Both the position numbers and the translations under genes were made by a program. Of a stretch of DNA of 64,000 bases, positions 1 through 12,452 are shown in pieces. The notes below the pieces were generated by a model. That model searched no databases, was not told where the DNA came from, and saw nothing but the letters and a program-made list of their open reading frames with translations. Origin of the DNA: an uncultured Gemmataceae bacterium (lineage in GTDB: Bacteria; Planctomycetota; Planctomycetia; Gemmatales; Gemmataceae); contig CAVVPN010000012.1 of the NCBI GenBank assembly GCA_963750165.1, positions 1,152,001 through 1,216,000 on the forward strand, written 5' to 3'. Positions within the stretch are counted from its first letter, which is position 1; each line of letters starts with the position of its first letter.

Positions 1-729
1 CGGCCGGGCCGATCTGCGCCAGTGTCCGGGCGGCCTGGTCGGCGAACTCGGGGCCTTCGCGGCGCAGGCGCTCCATCAACGGCAGCACCGCGGCCCGGGC
101 GGCGGCACCCTGGTTGCCCAGCTCCTTCATCGCCGCCAGGCGCTCGGCCTTGACCGGCGACTGCAACTGCTTGATGAGCCGGGCCGTCTTTGGACTTACT
201 GGCGCCGGCTGCGCGGGGACGGCGCCCGGCTTGGCCGCCACCTCCGCGGGTTGGGCCTGCTGAACGGGCTGTGCGGGCGGGTCGGCCGGTTGCTCGAGCG
301 CTTCGGGTTGCGGTTTCTTCTGGGCGGGCGGGTCGGTCGGCCGGTCGCGGTTGGGCTCGACCGACTCCGGTTCCGGTCGCGCTGCGCAGGGGGCTGCGGC
401 AGTTCGACCGAAAGCCCGCCGCGAGCGGTCGTCTGGAGGTGCGGGCGTTCGGCATCTTCCTGTGCGGGCGGTTCTGCGGGGCTGTCGTCGGGGAGATTGC
501 GGAGCACCAGCGCACTGCCGGCTACGGACAGGCACAGCACGGCGGCCGTGGCGCAGGCGAGCATCGGCCGGCGGGACCGGACGGCACGCGGCGGGGCGGC
601 GCAAGGGACTGGTCGCGGCGCGACCCACCACGGCAGCGGTGCCGCGGTGGCGCAGCGCGGGCAGGCGGGCGGGTCGCCACTCGCCGGGAGCGGGGTCTGG
701 CACTGGGGGCAGGCAGATTGGGGCTGCAT
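1..729 (-). CDS. Zn-ribbon/membrane-anchored HEAT-repeat protein (frameshifted; runs off the window start)
   Basis: N-terminus has CPQC..CPRC and a TM segment. Another frame below ~200 reads KTARLIKQLQSPVKAERLAAMKELGNQGAAARAAVLPLMERL, which is HEAT/PBS-like. An indel in the Pro-rich linker is implied. Confidence 0.6.
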
Positions 730-881
730 GGATTCACGCCGGGGTTTGAGGAGTGCGAACGCGAGCGTCCGCGGGTGCGTCCCTCACCAACTTCTGCAGG
801 ACCAGCGTTTCGGCTTGTTTGAGATTCGATCAAGAATAGAAACGCCCAGCTGTCGGCGACGTTGGCGCAGGAATTGGGGCC

Positions 882-943
882 GCGCGAAACGTAAACGGGG
901 TCAGAAGGAGCGGGCGCCCTCTGACCCCGTTTACGTTTCGCGC
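882..943. terminator. Long hairpin (terminator or REP-like) downstream of the large surface protein
   Basis: Inverted repeat gcgcgaaacgtaaacggggtcaga...tctgaccccgtttacgtttcgcgc. Confidence 0.55.
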
Positions 944-972
944 TGAGTTGGAGCCGCCAGCTGCGGCGATGG

Positions 973-3900
973 TCAATGCACTGTCAGATTCGCCGACGAC
1001 GTGGTCGCCGAACCGAGGCTGTTGGTGAACACGACGCGGTAGCGGTAGCCGTTCTGGCTGGTCGTGACGGCGGTGAGGGTGAGCGTCGTGCCGGTGGCTC
1101 CCGTGATGTTGCTCCAGGTGGTGCCGCCGTCGATGCTCACCTGCCACTGGATGCTCACGGCCGGGTTGCCGGTCGCGGCGGCGGTGAAGGTCACGTTAGA
1201 CCCGGCGCTGACCATATGGTTGCTCGGGTTGGTCGTCACGGTCGGGGTGGACTGCACGGTCAGCGTCGCGGCGGCGGTGGTTGCGGAGCCGACGCTGTTG
1301 GTGAACACCGCCCGGTAGTGATAGCCGTTCTGGCTGGCCGTGGCGGCGCTGATGGTGTAGCTGAGACTGGTGGCGCCGCTGATGTTCGAGTAGTTGTTGC
1401 CGTTCGTGCTCTGCTGCCACTGCACCGTGGGCGCCGGGTAGCCCGACGCCGCGGCGGTGAATGTGACGCTGCCGCCGCTCACCACCGTCTGACTGCTCGG
1501 ACTGGTGAGGACGCTCGGGGCCGCCTGCACGGTTAGCGTGCCGCTCGCCAGGCCGGTCGTGCCGGCCGCGGTGAATTTGCTGCCGTCGCCGAGGTATTCG
1601 TAGGTGATCGGGTAGGTGCCCGTCGCCAGGCCCTGGATATTGAAGGTCGTCGAGAAGCTGCCGCCATTGCTGATCGACACTGGCTGTGTGACGCCGTTGA
1701 ACGTGATCGCCACGTCGTCGCCGCCGGGAGACACCGACCCGGCCGCAATGTGGCCGCTCACCGTGACGGTGCTCGCGCTGGTTGTGACCGTCGGCGAGGA
1801 CAGGCCGCTGAACGCCGGCGTCGCCTTGTTGATGACGTACGTGGCGTTGCCAGTTGAGCTGTAATAATTCGGATCGCTGCTGCCCCATTCCACGAACACC
1901 GCGTACGTCCCGGCCATGCTCGGCACGGTGGTGGAGCCGTTGTAGGTGGCGTAGGTCACGCTGCCGGCGACGGGCGTCACGCCGTCGATGCCGAGGGCGA
2001 CGGCGCTCACCGGCTGGGCCCTGCCGTTGTACGTGGTGGACGTGCCGCCGATGACCAGGGTGGGCGCGGCGGGATCGATCCACAATTCCCAGCTGTACGA
2101 GCCGCCGGTGTAGTTCGGGTCCAGGCTCGTGAAGGTTTCGATGAAGGTGTAGTAGCCCGCATCGGTCGGCGGCCCGGACAGCGGCGGGCCGAAGAGTTGA
2201 GTGTTGCTGCCGTACTCGTTGAAATACTCGTAGGTGAAGTAGCCGTTGATCGGGACGTAGCCGTTGATCGGGTCCCAGCCGTACGCGCTGCCGGCGACCG
2301 ACTGCGGTTGGCCGTTGTAGGTGAATTCCCACTGGCCGTCGTTGCCGAGGCCGATGGACGCGGTCGCCGGCAAGATCGTGAGCGTGCCGGTGGTGGTCGC
2401 CGACTGGTAGTTCGGGTTGGCGCTGGTGAACGTCGCCGTCACGTCGTAGGTGCCGGCATTGACGGGCAAGGTCGTGGAACCGTCGTAGGTCAGGCTGAAC
2501 GTGCCAGCGACCGGCGTCACGCCATCAAGACCCACCGCGGTGGCCACGACACCTTGGCCGCTGCCGTTGTAATAGAACGTAGTCGAACCGACGCTCAGTG
2601 TGGGAGCCACCGCGCTGATCGTCATGGTGCCGGCGATGGTGGCACTGACGTAGTTGGTGTCCGCACTGATGAAGTTGGCGACCACGGCATAGCTGCCGGC
2701 CTGGGTCGGCGGGTTGGGATTGCCGTTGTAGGTGATCTGGAACGATCCATCGACCGGGGTGACGCCATCAACGCCCACCACGCTGGCGGTGTCGGCGTGG
2801 GCGGTGCCGTCGTAGGCGGCCGAACCGTCCACGAGGGTCAAGGTCGGCGTCAGGGTGCCCAGGCTGTAGATAATGAGGTCGCTGGTGACGGCCACCGAAG
2901 CGTAGTCGGGGTCGTTGCTGGAAAACCGGATGGCCACGGTGAACAGGCCGGGACCGATCGGCGGGTTGGGATCGCCGTTGTAGGTGAGCTTGAAATCACC
3001 ATCGACGGGACTGACGCCGTCCACACCCACAGCCGTCGCGGTCGCCTCGTGCGGCATCATGTTGTAATAGAACGAGCCACTGTTCAGGGTAACGGCCGGC
3101 GTCGCCGGCAGGATCGTCAGGGTGCCCGTCGCCACCGCGTTGACGTAAGCCGGGTCGGCGCTCGTGAAGGTCGCCCTCACGGCGTAGGTGCCGGCCTTCG
3201 TCGGCGGCGTCGTGGAGCCGTTGTAGGTGTAGACGAAACTGCCGGCGACCGGGGTGACGCCATCGGTCTCGACCGCGGTGGCGCTGGCCGCGTGCGCATG
3301 GCCGTCGTAAATCACCGCCCTGGTGCTGACCCGCACCGCCGGCTGGTTGACCGACACGTAGAAATAGAACGTGTAGGACGATGTGCCGGCGAAGTTGGCC
3401 GCCTGGAAGGTGACGGGCAGGGTGCCGACCGAGGCCGCGGTCGGCGTGAACGTGACCAGGCCGGTCGTGGGATCGACGGTCAGGCCGCTCGGCGGGTTGA
3501 CGGCGGCGAACGTCGGCGCCGGGTTGGCGAACTCCTGCACCAGGTCGATCTGCACGGTCTGCCCCACGGTGACGTTGAGGCTGCCGATGTCGGCGCCGGA
3601 GGTGGTGGTGGCCACGTACAGGTCCGGCGGCGCCGCGACCGCCGCGTAGATGGCGGCGGTATGCCCTGACACGTGACCGGCGCTGTTGACCGCGGCGATG
3701 TAGTATTGGGCGCTGACGCTCGAACTGCCGGAAAGGATGACGGCGTTCGCGCCGAACGCCTGGGCATAGAGCACCCAGTTGATGCCGCCGCCGGAGCCGC
3801 GCGGACTGTGGTAAGGGTAGCCGCGGTAGATGTCGTAGCTGGTCACGTTCGGGTCGGGCGCGGCGTTCCAGGAGAGTTCGAGCGCCGTCGTGCTGATGGG

Positions 3901-5226
3901 AGTGCTCGTCAGCCCGGTCGGGACATTCGGCGTGACGCCGAGGGTGAGCGTTTGCGTCGTCTGGCCGACGTTGTTGCTGGCGGTCACGGTCACGACAGCG
4001 GTGCTGGTCTCGTCCGCGTAGGTGGGCGTCCACGAAATCCGGCCGGTGTTCGGGTCGATGGTCATGTCGGTCGGCGCCCCGCTGGTGAGGGCGTAGGTGG
4101 CTTGCGGGTTGGCCGTGGACGTGACCTGAAGGGTGGCAGGGGTGTTGACGAGGAACGTCCCGCTCGCGCCGGAGGTGATGATCGGGGCCTGGTCGGGCTG
4201 GTTCAGCTGCTGACTGACATAGGTCGTGGCCAGCGGGTTGCCGTTGGCGTCGTTGCCGCCCAGCACCTCGATGCGGCCCAGGGCATCGACCGTCGCGGCC
4301 GCCGAGTTGATCGGCTGCGGCAGCGGCGTCGCCACCGTCCAGGTGTTGGTCGTGATGTTGTAGGTCTCCACCGTGGCGGTCGTGCCCGCGGCCGTGCTGC
4401 CCCCAATGACGTAAATCAGGCCGTCCGGGCCGAGCACCGCGGCGCTGTCGCGGACGCCGACCTGCAGCGGGGCGACCTGATCCCAGGTGTTGGTCGCGAT
4501 GGTGTAGCGGTAGACGCTGCTGGTGATGGCACCGCCGGCGCCGACGCCGCCGAAGGTGTAAAGGTGGCCGGCGCCGTCATCGACCGCTGACGCGGAGAAC
4601 AGCGTCTGCGGCAGCGGGGCCTCGAACGTCCAGGTGTTGGCGGTCGCGTTGTACGCCTCCATCGTGGCGAGCGGTGTGCCGTTGTTGTCCACGCCGCCGA
4701 TGGCGTAGTTCGTGGCGGTGGCCGCGTCGTAGGCGGCGCCGAGCAGGCCGCGCGGCATGTTCATCGACTTCAGGGAGCGCGTCTGGTTGGTCGCGCCGTC
4801 CACGACGGTGACGGTGTTCGGATCGTACTGGGTGACGGCCGACGTGGCGAAGCCGTTTTGCGCGCCGCCGTAGACCAGGAAGTAGCCGCTGGGCAACGGC
4901 CCGACTCCCGGCCCGGAGCGCGCGAAATCGAGGGGTTGGACCGTCGGCGTCAGGTTCGCCTGCCAGCTCGGGTCGGTGGCGTTCAGCGCGTACGACGTGG
5001 TTGAGGGGCCCGCCAGGATGAGCAGGTTGGCGCCCTCCGGCTGAGCGGCCAGCCCGCCCGCCGCCACGGGCAGATTCACGCCCACGGCCCACGACAGGGC
5101 CGCCGGCAGGTCGCGCGTCTCCAGCTGTTCCAGCACCAACCGCCGCCCCGACCGCGCCCGTCCGGCGGCCCGGTTGCTCGTGACACCGCGAACTCCGACC
5201 CACTTCCGCAAGTAGTTTGTGAACAT
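973..5226 (-). CDS. Large planctomycete extracellular protein: Kelch beta-propeller, Ig-like/FN3, MBG-like and C-terminal Ig domains
   Basis: 1417 aa, Thr/Ala-rich. N-terminal RRLVLEQLETRDLPA motif; Kelch repeats (YAIGG, YTFGG, YVIGG..VETY..NTW); repeated YDG.AHA.ATA.G.DGVTPVAG units; two PTVQWQ.S..G...NI.GAT Ig repeats. Confidence 0.85.
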   Translation of the reverse strand: MFTNYLRKWVGVRGVTSNRAAGRARSGRRLVLEQLETRDLPAALSWAVGVNLPVAAGGLAAQPEGANLLILAGPSTTSYALNATDPSWQANLTPTVQPLDFARSGPGVGPLPSGYFLVYGGAQNGFATSAVTQYDPNTVTVVDGATNQTRSLKSMNMPRGLLGAAYDAATATNYAIGGVDNNGTPLATMEAYNATANTWTFEAPLPQTLFSASAVDDGAGHLYTFGGVGAGGAITSSVYRYTIATNTWDQVAPLQVGVRDSAAVLGPDGLIYVIGGSTAAGTTATVETYNITTNTWTVATPLPQPINSAAATVDALGRIEVLGGNDANGNPLATTYVSQQLNQPDQAPIITSGASGTFLVNTPATLQVTSTANPQATYALTSGAPTDMTIDPNTGRISWTPTYADETSTAVVTVTASNNVGQTTQTLTLGVTPNVPTGLTSTPISTTALELSWNAAPDPNVTSYDIYRGYPYHSPRGSGGGINWVLYAQAFGANAVILSGSSSVSAQYYIAAVNSAGHVSGHTAAIYAAVAAPPDLYVATTTSGADIGSLNVTVGQTVQIDLVQEFANPAPTFAAVNPPSGLTVDPTTGLVTFTPTAASVGTLPVTFQAANFAGTSSYTFYFYVSVNQPAVRVSTRAVIYDGHAHAASATAVETDGVTPVAGSFVYTYNGSTTPPTKAGTYAVRATFTSADPAYVNAVATGTLTILPATPAVTLNSGSFYYNMMPHEATATAVGVDGVSPVDGDFKLTYNGDPNPPIGPGLFTVAIRFSSNDPDYASVAVTSDLIIYSLGTLTPTLTLVDGSAAYDGTAHADTASVVGVDGVTPVDGSFQITYNGNPNPPTQAGSYAVVANFISADTNYVSATIAGTMTISAVAPTLSVGSTTFYYNGSGQGVVATAVGLDGVTPVAGTFSLTYDGSTTLPVNAGTYDVTATFTSANPNYQSATTTGTLTILPATASIGLGNDGQWEFTYNGQPQSVAGSAYGWDPINGYVPINGYFTYEYFNEYGSNTQLFGPPLSGPPTDAGYYTFIETFTSLDPNYTGGSYSWELWIDPAAPTLVIGGTSTTYNGRAQPVSAVALGIDGVTPVAGSVTYATYNGSTTVPSMAGTYAVFVEWGSSDPNYYSSTGNATYVINKATPAFSGLSSPTVTTSASTVTVSGHIAAGSVSPGGDDVAITFNGVTQPVSISNGGSFSTTFNIQGLATGTYPITYEYLGDGSKFTAAGTTGLASGTLTVQAAPSVLTSPSSQTVVSGGSVTFTAAASGYPAPTVQWQQSTNGNNYSNISGATSLSYTISAATASQNGYHYRAVFTNSVGSATTAAATLTVQSTPTVTTNPSNHMVSAGSNVTFTAAATGNPAVSIQWQVSIDGGTTWSNITGATGTTLTLTAVTTSQNGYRYRVVFTNSLGSATTSSANLTVH

Positions 5227-5421
5227 GCGCGCTCCCTCATGGGCAATCCCGGCTCTGAGGACGATCCTACCGATTGCCGTTTGTGATGTGTGATAGAGTT
5301 GCGAGGCGATCTTTGACGGGGTAGTAGATAGGAAATAGGGTATCCAGGCATCTGCTTATTGTCAATATGCGGATGATAAAATCGCCTTAATCTTCATGCG
5401 TTTCTCGCACAGCCGCCGCGG

Positions 5422-6222
5422 TTACGTCTTCACCTCCACGCCGGCCGTCGCGGTCGCCGGCGCCGCCTTGCGCATCGGCGGCGCCAGCAGCGTCGGCAGC
5501 TGGTGGTTGAGCACGCGCTCCAGCTCGCCCAGTGCCCGCGCCACCGTGGCCCCGTCCAGGACGCGGTGGTCGTAGATCAACCGCACGTCCACCGTGCCGT
5601 CCTCCGCGATGACGCCGTAGTTCAGCGTCGTTGTCAGGATCGACAGCGGGTGCAGCGCCTCGGCCCCGAGCCCCGAATACACCGTCACGCCGAACGTGCC
5701 CAGGTTGCGGGCGCGCTTGTAGCCCGACCAGTTCAGCCCGACCCACCAAATCAAGCGCCGCAGCGGCCACGGCAGCCGGCTGATGCGCAGCGCCCGCCGA
5801 AACGTGGCCACGCGCTCCACCGACGTCTCCTTGCACTCCTTCAGGTAGCGGTCGATCTGTTCGGGGCTGTGCTCTTCGACTCCGCGCAACTGCACGAACA
5901 GGACCGCCGGCTCGTTCTCCACCTCGCGCTCCATGGCGATGGAGGCGATGCTGACGGGGTGCTCGTACAGGTGCGGCCAGGGAAAGGTGAGGTAAGCGCG
6001 GCGCAACTCGGGCCGGGCGGCGGCGACCAGGGCGTAGGCCTTGGTGAACAGAGCGCACCAGCTCGGCCGTGGGCTGGCCTGCTCGCGGGCCACCATCAGC
6101 GGGGCAATGTTCATGCGCCGCTGCACCGGCACCGACGGCACCTTGCGGGCGCTGTGCAGGAAATCCCCGATCAGGCGCCGCGCCGGCGACAGAGGCAGGC
6201 TGCGGCCACGTGGTTCGGCCAT
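5422..6222 (-). CDS. 2-oxo-acid dehydrogenase E2-like acyltransferase, catalytic domain only
   Basis: YDHRVLDGA catalytic motif and a GTFGVT segment; no lipoyl domain. Confidence 0.75.
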   Translation of the reverse strand: MAEPRGRSLPLSPARRLIGDFLHSARKVPSVPVQRRMNIAPLMVAREQASPRPSWCALFTKAYALVAAARPELRRAYLTFPWPHLYEHPVSIASIAMEREVENEPAVLFVQLRGVEEHSPEQIDRYLKECKETSVERVATFRRALRISRLPWPLRRLIWWVGLNWSGYKRARNLGTFGVTVYSGLGAEALHPLSILTTTLNYGVIAEDGTVDVRLIYDHRVLDGATVARALGELERVLNHQLPTLLAPPMRKAAPATATAGVEVKT

Positions 6223-6437
6223 CGTCGTCCTCGCTGATCGATTCGACTAAATGGTGGCGATCCGTACCGCGAGAAGTGCTGAGGGTCGGTCGGGAACTGC
6301 TCCGCAACGCCCGCTGACCTGGCGCTGGAGGGTCTTCTCTTCCTTATATGGGTTTTCGCAACGGGGAGTGTTCCGCACTCCAGCCCGCCACCCGAGCGAA
6401 CGGGACATTGTAAATTTTAGAGAGGCATCCAGCCATG

Positions 6438-7492
6438 TCAACCATTTTCACCAGCCTTCCCAGCATATCCAGATTGCGCGACGGCCGCAATTCCGACACC
6501 TTCACGCTGGCGAAACCATTCCAGCGTGTGGCGCAACCCCTCCAGCGCCGGGGTGCATGGCTGCCAGCCCAGTTCCGCCCGCGCCCGGTCGATACTATAA
6601 GCGGCCGGCCGCGTCATCAGGTCGGCCCCGTAGCGCGTGACATAGGGGCGCGGTCCCAGCGCATGACGCGGGCGTAGACCTCGCCGAACAGGCCGCCCCA
6701 GGTCGCCAGCCAGCGCGGCGCGTGGCGCGTCAGACGCGGCAGACCGAGGCCGTCGGTCAGGGTCTCGAAGAACTGCCGTTGCGTGATCTCGCCGGGGCTG
6801 CACAGGTGATAGACGCGGCCGCCAGCGCTGGCGTGGTTGGCGGCCAGGACGGCGCCTGCGGCCACGTCGGCGGCGTAGACGAGGTTGAGCAGGTTGTCGG
6901 CGCGGCCGATGAGCTTGATCCAGCCGCCGCGCAGGCCGTTGACCAGGCGCGGCAGGCCGTTGCGGTCGCGCGGGCCGTAGATCCAGCTGGGCCGCACGAC
7001 CGTCACGCCGTCGCCCAGGGCACGGACCAGGCGCTCGGCCTCGATCTTGGCGCGACAGTAGTAGTCCAGGCGGCGGACGCGCTGGCCGAGCGGTTCGTCC
7101 TCGGTGAAGCCGGCCGGCGTCGGCCGTGGATGGCCGTAGACGGCGACAGAACTGACGTGCAGCAACCGGCTGACGCCCGCGGCGCGGACGGCGGCGACGA
7201 GGTTCGCGGTGGTGTCGATGACCTCAGCCCGGAACTGCCGCCAGGCGCCCCAGTCGCCAACGCGGGCGGCGCAGTGGTAGACGATGGTGGCGCCGTGGAC
7301 GGCGCGGCGAACGGCCTCGGCGTCGAGCAGGTCACCAGGGACCAGCTCCACGCCGAGGCCACGGAGGAAGGCGGTGTCGGCGCCGGGGCGGATGAGGGCG
7401 CGGACACGCTCATCGCGGCGGACGAGTTGTTCGGCGACGTGACTGCCGAGCAGCCCGGTCGCGCCGGTGAGGACATTGAGGGGAGCCGCCAT
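6438..7492 (-). CDS. NAD-dependent epimerase/dehydratase (3-beta-HSD/OleD-like extended SDR), frameshift near 6640
   Basis: TGATGLLG, HVSS, YCRAK and RPSWIYGP motifs; C-terminus (YSIDRARAELGWQP) lies in ORF 6438..6803. Confidence 0.8.
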
Positions 7493-7536
7493 CCGCCCGG
7501 GGCCTCCAGAAAACGCGAGCGCCGGGGTCCGGCGCG

Positions 7537-8079
7537 TCAGCGCGGCAGTTCCAGTTGCGCCTTCCACTCCTTGTCTTCGAGGGACATTTTCATTTGTTTG
7601 GTATCCCCTTCTTTCTCTTTGTAATGGACCGTGGCTTTGTTGCCGTCCACCTGCACCTTGGTGACCGTGGAGTCCTCGACCTTGTGAAATTTGTCGTGGA
7701 AGCGCTCGGTCTTGAAGTAGGATTTGGTGTCGAGGGTGGCCAGGTCAACCTTCTTCTTGCCGACCCAGGTCTTGTTCATCTCCTCCTTTTTCATCTTGTC
7801 CGCCTTGTCATAGGCTTCCTTGACGGCCTTGGCTGTCGCCTCGGCCTCTTTCTGGGTCTCCTTGTCGATAGCTGCCCAGAGTTTGTCCGTGTTGCCGTCG
7901 TCCACGGCCTCCAGGCCTGCCTGCAGATCGCCGAACGCTGTCTTGACGGCTTCCTCCTCCTTGGACATTTTTTTGCCGCTCTTGTCTTCCTGGTTGGTGC
8001 ATCCGACCAGCACCGCTCCGGCCAACAAGCCAACCGCCCAGCACCAACGTACGTTGCTGCCCATCATCGCACCTCTCAT
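7537..8079 (-). CDS. Lys/Asp-rich lipoprotein
   Basis: Signal peptide with LVGC lipobox; strongly coding-like composition. Confidence 0.7.
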   Translation of the reverse strand: MRGAMMGSNVRWCWAVGLLAGAVLVGCTNQEDKSGKKMSKEEEAVKTAFGDLQAGLEAVDDGNTDKLWAAIDKETQKEAEATAKAVKEAYDKADKMKKEEMNKTWVGKKKVDLATLDTKSYFKTERFHDKFHKVEDSTVTKVQVDGNKATVHYKEKEGDTKQMKMSLEDKEWKAQLELPR

Positions 8080-8187
8080 GAGTTTGGGGAACCGGCCCGG
8101 ACCGCGCGGCCGGCTGTGTTCGCTAAGGTAGCGGCAAACGGGCGGAAAGCCAACGAAATAAAAAGTTCCGGCGCGGAAGACTCACCC

Positions 8188-8248
8188 GGCGAGCGGCGCG
8201 GCGTTAGCCCGCCGGTACTGCAGAGCACCGGCGGATTGGACGGCTCCC
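8188..8248. repeat. REP-like palindrome family A (partial copy)
   Basis: ggcgagcggcgcggcgttagcccgccggt, shared with copies at 19511 and 43413. Confidence 0.6.
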
Positions 8249-8311
8249 CAGTCGCAACCTATAGTTGGGACACCAGGGGCTCTGACAATTCCTGTCGCCA
8301 GAGGACGGTTC

Positions 8312-9786
8312 ATGAAATTCGCCGTGCTGCCGCTGCTGTGCCTGGGCGTGGTGCCGACGCAGGTCCGGCCCCTGGGCAACCTCGACTTCCAGTCCGGGCC
8401 GGAGGTACGCTGGCAGGGTAGCGGCTTCGCCCTGCGGCCGGGCCAGCAAACGCCGCGCTGGGTCGGCAGCGCCGACGCCCCAGGCGGCAAGGCCCTGCTG
8501 CGCTATGTCTTCACCGTGCCCGAAGGCGCCGGCCGCATTCACTTCGCCGCCCACGCCGTTTACGGCCGGGGCTGCGCGCGGACAAGCGCATGAACGTCTA
8601 CCTGCTGGGCGCCGGCCACCGCCAGGTGCCCAAGCTGCGGCGCACCGCCACCGGCTGGACGCCGACCAACTCCCTGCTGCCGCTGGCCAACGGCGTCAAC
8701 AACGCCTACTGCTGGGACGTGTCCGCGGAGGCCGGCGCGACGCTGCAAATCGTGCTGCTCGACCAGGACGACCGGCCCGGCTGTCACGTCATTTGCAGCG
8801 GCTTCCGCGTCGAGCGCGCCGACGCGGAGCAGACCCGGCAATTCGCCGTGGAAATGCAGCGGCTGCAGAAACAGTACAAGCTGCCGCCGTTGCTGAAGTA
8901 CGACAGCCGGCACTTCACCGCCTGGAGCAACGCCGACCCGGACTTCACGGTGCTGCGGCTGCGCAACTGTGAGGTACTCCACCACAACTTCTTCCAGCAC
9001 TTCGAGCGCAAGGGCTTTCGCCTGCGGCCGCCAGCCGCCCGGCTCATGGTGGCGGTCTTCGACGCCCAGACCGGCTTTGAAGCGTACCTGGGCCAGAAGA
9101 TGCCGAACAGCCTGGTCGGCGTCTACCACCCCGCGAGCAACCGCCTGGTGGTGTATGACCTCAACCAGAATAAGGGCCTGCTGGCGAACAAGGAAAAGGC
9201 CCTGCAGTTGAGCAAGCAAATCGCCCTGGACATGGACCGCGTTCACTACGTTCAAGCGGTGGAGCGCTCGGCGCGCGACGCCAGCGCCGACGCCAACATC
9301 GCCACGACCATGCACGAGGCGGCCCATCAGGTGTCGTTCAACTGCGGTCTGCTGAACCGCGACGGCGACAAGCCGCTGTGGCTGGCCGAGGGACTCGCTT
9401 GCTACTGCGAGGCAACCGAGAAGGGGGCGTGGCAGGGGGTCGGCCGGCCGAACAACCCCGATCGGTTGCACGTGCTGGCCCAGGTGCAGCGCGGCAAGGC
9501 CAAACTGCTGCCGATTGCCGAGTTGGTCGGGTCGGCGGACTGGCGCAAGGACAGCGCGACGCTGACGGTCGGCTACGCCCAAAGTTGGGCGCTGTTCCAT
9601 CTGCTCATGCACCGGCGGCCGGAAGCGCTGCGGAAGTACCTGGCGCTGATCTACCCGCGCCGGACGCCGGACCATCGGCTGACGGATTTCCGGCAGGTGT
9701 TCGGGGCGGACCTGACGCGGCTGGACCGCGAACTGGCGGGGTACGTGACGGACCTGGTGGAGCGCTACGGGCCACGGCTGAAGTGA
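8312..9786 (+). CDS. DUF1570-like secreted zincin-motif protein (frameshift near 8580)
   Basis: Signal peptide in ORF 8312..8593; HEAAHQ, PLWLAEGLACY and YAQSWAL motifs in ORF 8590..9786. Confidence 0.75.
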
Positions 9787-9790
9787 CGGC

Positions 9791-9862
9791 TCGTGGTCGG
9801 AGCCCGAGCGCCAGCGAGGAGCAGAGGTTGGCCCCGCGCTGGCGCTCGGGCTCCGACCACGA
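9791..9862. repeat. REP-like palindrome family B between convergent genes
   Basis: tcgtggtcggagcccgagcgccagcg...cgctggcgctcgggctccgaccacga; second copy at ~62345. Confidence 0.7.
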
Positions 9863-9866
9863 ACAT

Positions 9867-11395
9867 TCATGGCGATTTCTTGTTAGACACGTCGCGCGGT
9901 TGCAGCCCGACCTCCAGCAATTCATGCACGTCGTCGGTGCGCGGCAGCAGTTCCGGCTGGCGAGCGGTGCGCCGGACGTGGGCCGCCAGCTCGGCCGTCA
10001 ACTCCTTGACCACCGGCGCGAACTCCGCCTTGCTGGCCAGGTTGGTCGTCTGACCGGGGTCCTTGAGGTTGTCGTACAGCAGGATGGTGCGGCCCGGGAG
10101 CGGCTTGCCGGTGGTGTAGCCGTCCTGACGAGCGCGCTTGCCGGTGCCGTAGATCAGGTGCCAGCGGTCCGTGCGCACCGCCATCTCCTCATTCTCGGCG
10201 TACTCCACAAAAACACGGTCGCGGTGCTTGTCGGTCTTGCTCTGCAGCAGCGGCAGCAGGCTGCGGCCCTGCACGGTCTTCGGCGTGGCGACGCCGCAGG
10301 AATCCAGGATCGTCGGGGCGATGTCGATGAACTCGACGAGGGCACGGCTGCTGCGGCGCTTCTTCGGCGCCGGCGGCGGTGGCAGGGCCGGCGGCAGCCG
10401 GATGAGCAGCGGCGCCCGGATGGCCTCCAGGAACAGGCAGTGCTTCTCGAAGCGGCCGTGGTGGCCGAGCAAGTAACCGTGATCGCCGATAAAGACGATC
10501 AGTGTGTTGCGGTCCAGGCCGAGCTTCTCCAGGGCCGCGAGCACGACGCCGATGTTCCTGTCGAGGAACTCCACGGAGGTGTAGTAAGCCGCGGTGATGC
10601 CCTGCGTGTCGCGCTCGGTTAGACCGCGGAAGATGGCGGGAATCTGCCAGTCGTCCTCGGCGCCGGCCTTCGGCACCTTGATGGTTTCGGGCTGGTGCCG
10701 GCCGCGGAACTCGACGGGGAAGTGAAACGGCGAGTGCGGCTCTGTGAAGCTGACCATCAGAAAGAATGATTCGTCCCTGTGCTGCCCGAGGTAGCGAACC
10801 GCTTCATTGGCGAAGTAGGTGCCGGCCATGTCCACATCGCCGGCGGGGTAGGGCCGGCAGTCGGCGTTGAGCCAGACGCGCCGGGATCCTTGAAGGGCCG
10901 CCACTGCGGCAGAAACTCCACGTCCTTCGGCAGCGGCGTGGCGCCCTTTTGCTTGAGCCATTTGCGGAAGTCGGGCAGATCCAGGCGATACTCGAAGCCG
11001 TGCTTGAGATCGCTGTTGAAGTGCATCTTGCCGATGGCGGCGGTGCGGTAGCCGGCCCGGGCCAGCAGCTTCGCCAGCGTGTTCTCGGTCGCCGGCAGGG
11101 CGGTCTTCAACTGCGTGACGCCGACGGTGCGCGGGTAGCGGCCGGTGAGGAACGACTGCCGTGAGGCGGTACACACCGGCGAATTACAGAACGCCTGGTC
11201 GAAGCGGACGCTCTGCGCCGCCAGCCTGTCGAGGTTGGGTGTGCGGACCTGCTTGTTGCCGTAGGCGCCGATGGCGTATGCCGCCAAATCATCGGCGACG
11301 ATGAACAGAACGTTGGGTTTTTTGGGGGCGGCCTGGGCCGCGGCCGGCGACGGCAGCAGTCCGAGCATGGCGACGGCAAGACAGGACCAGCGCAT
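9867..11395 (-). CDS. Sulfatase (choline-sulfatase-like), frameshift near 10880
   Basis: Signal peptide, PNVLFIVADD, CTASRQSFLTGRYP, GKMH and GDHGYLLGHHGRFEKH motifs. Confidence 0.85.
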
Positions 11396-11495
11396 GACAA
11401 CTCCGGGAAAAAGCCGAGCAACGTGAACAACGGGATTCCCTGCCAATATCACTATCCCCAGTGCGCTGAAACGTCTTCCCTTATGGAGCTCTGCG

Positions 11496-12452
<957 letters not shown>

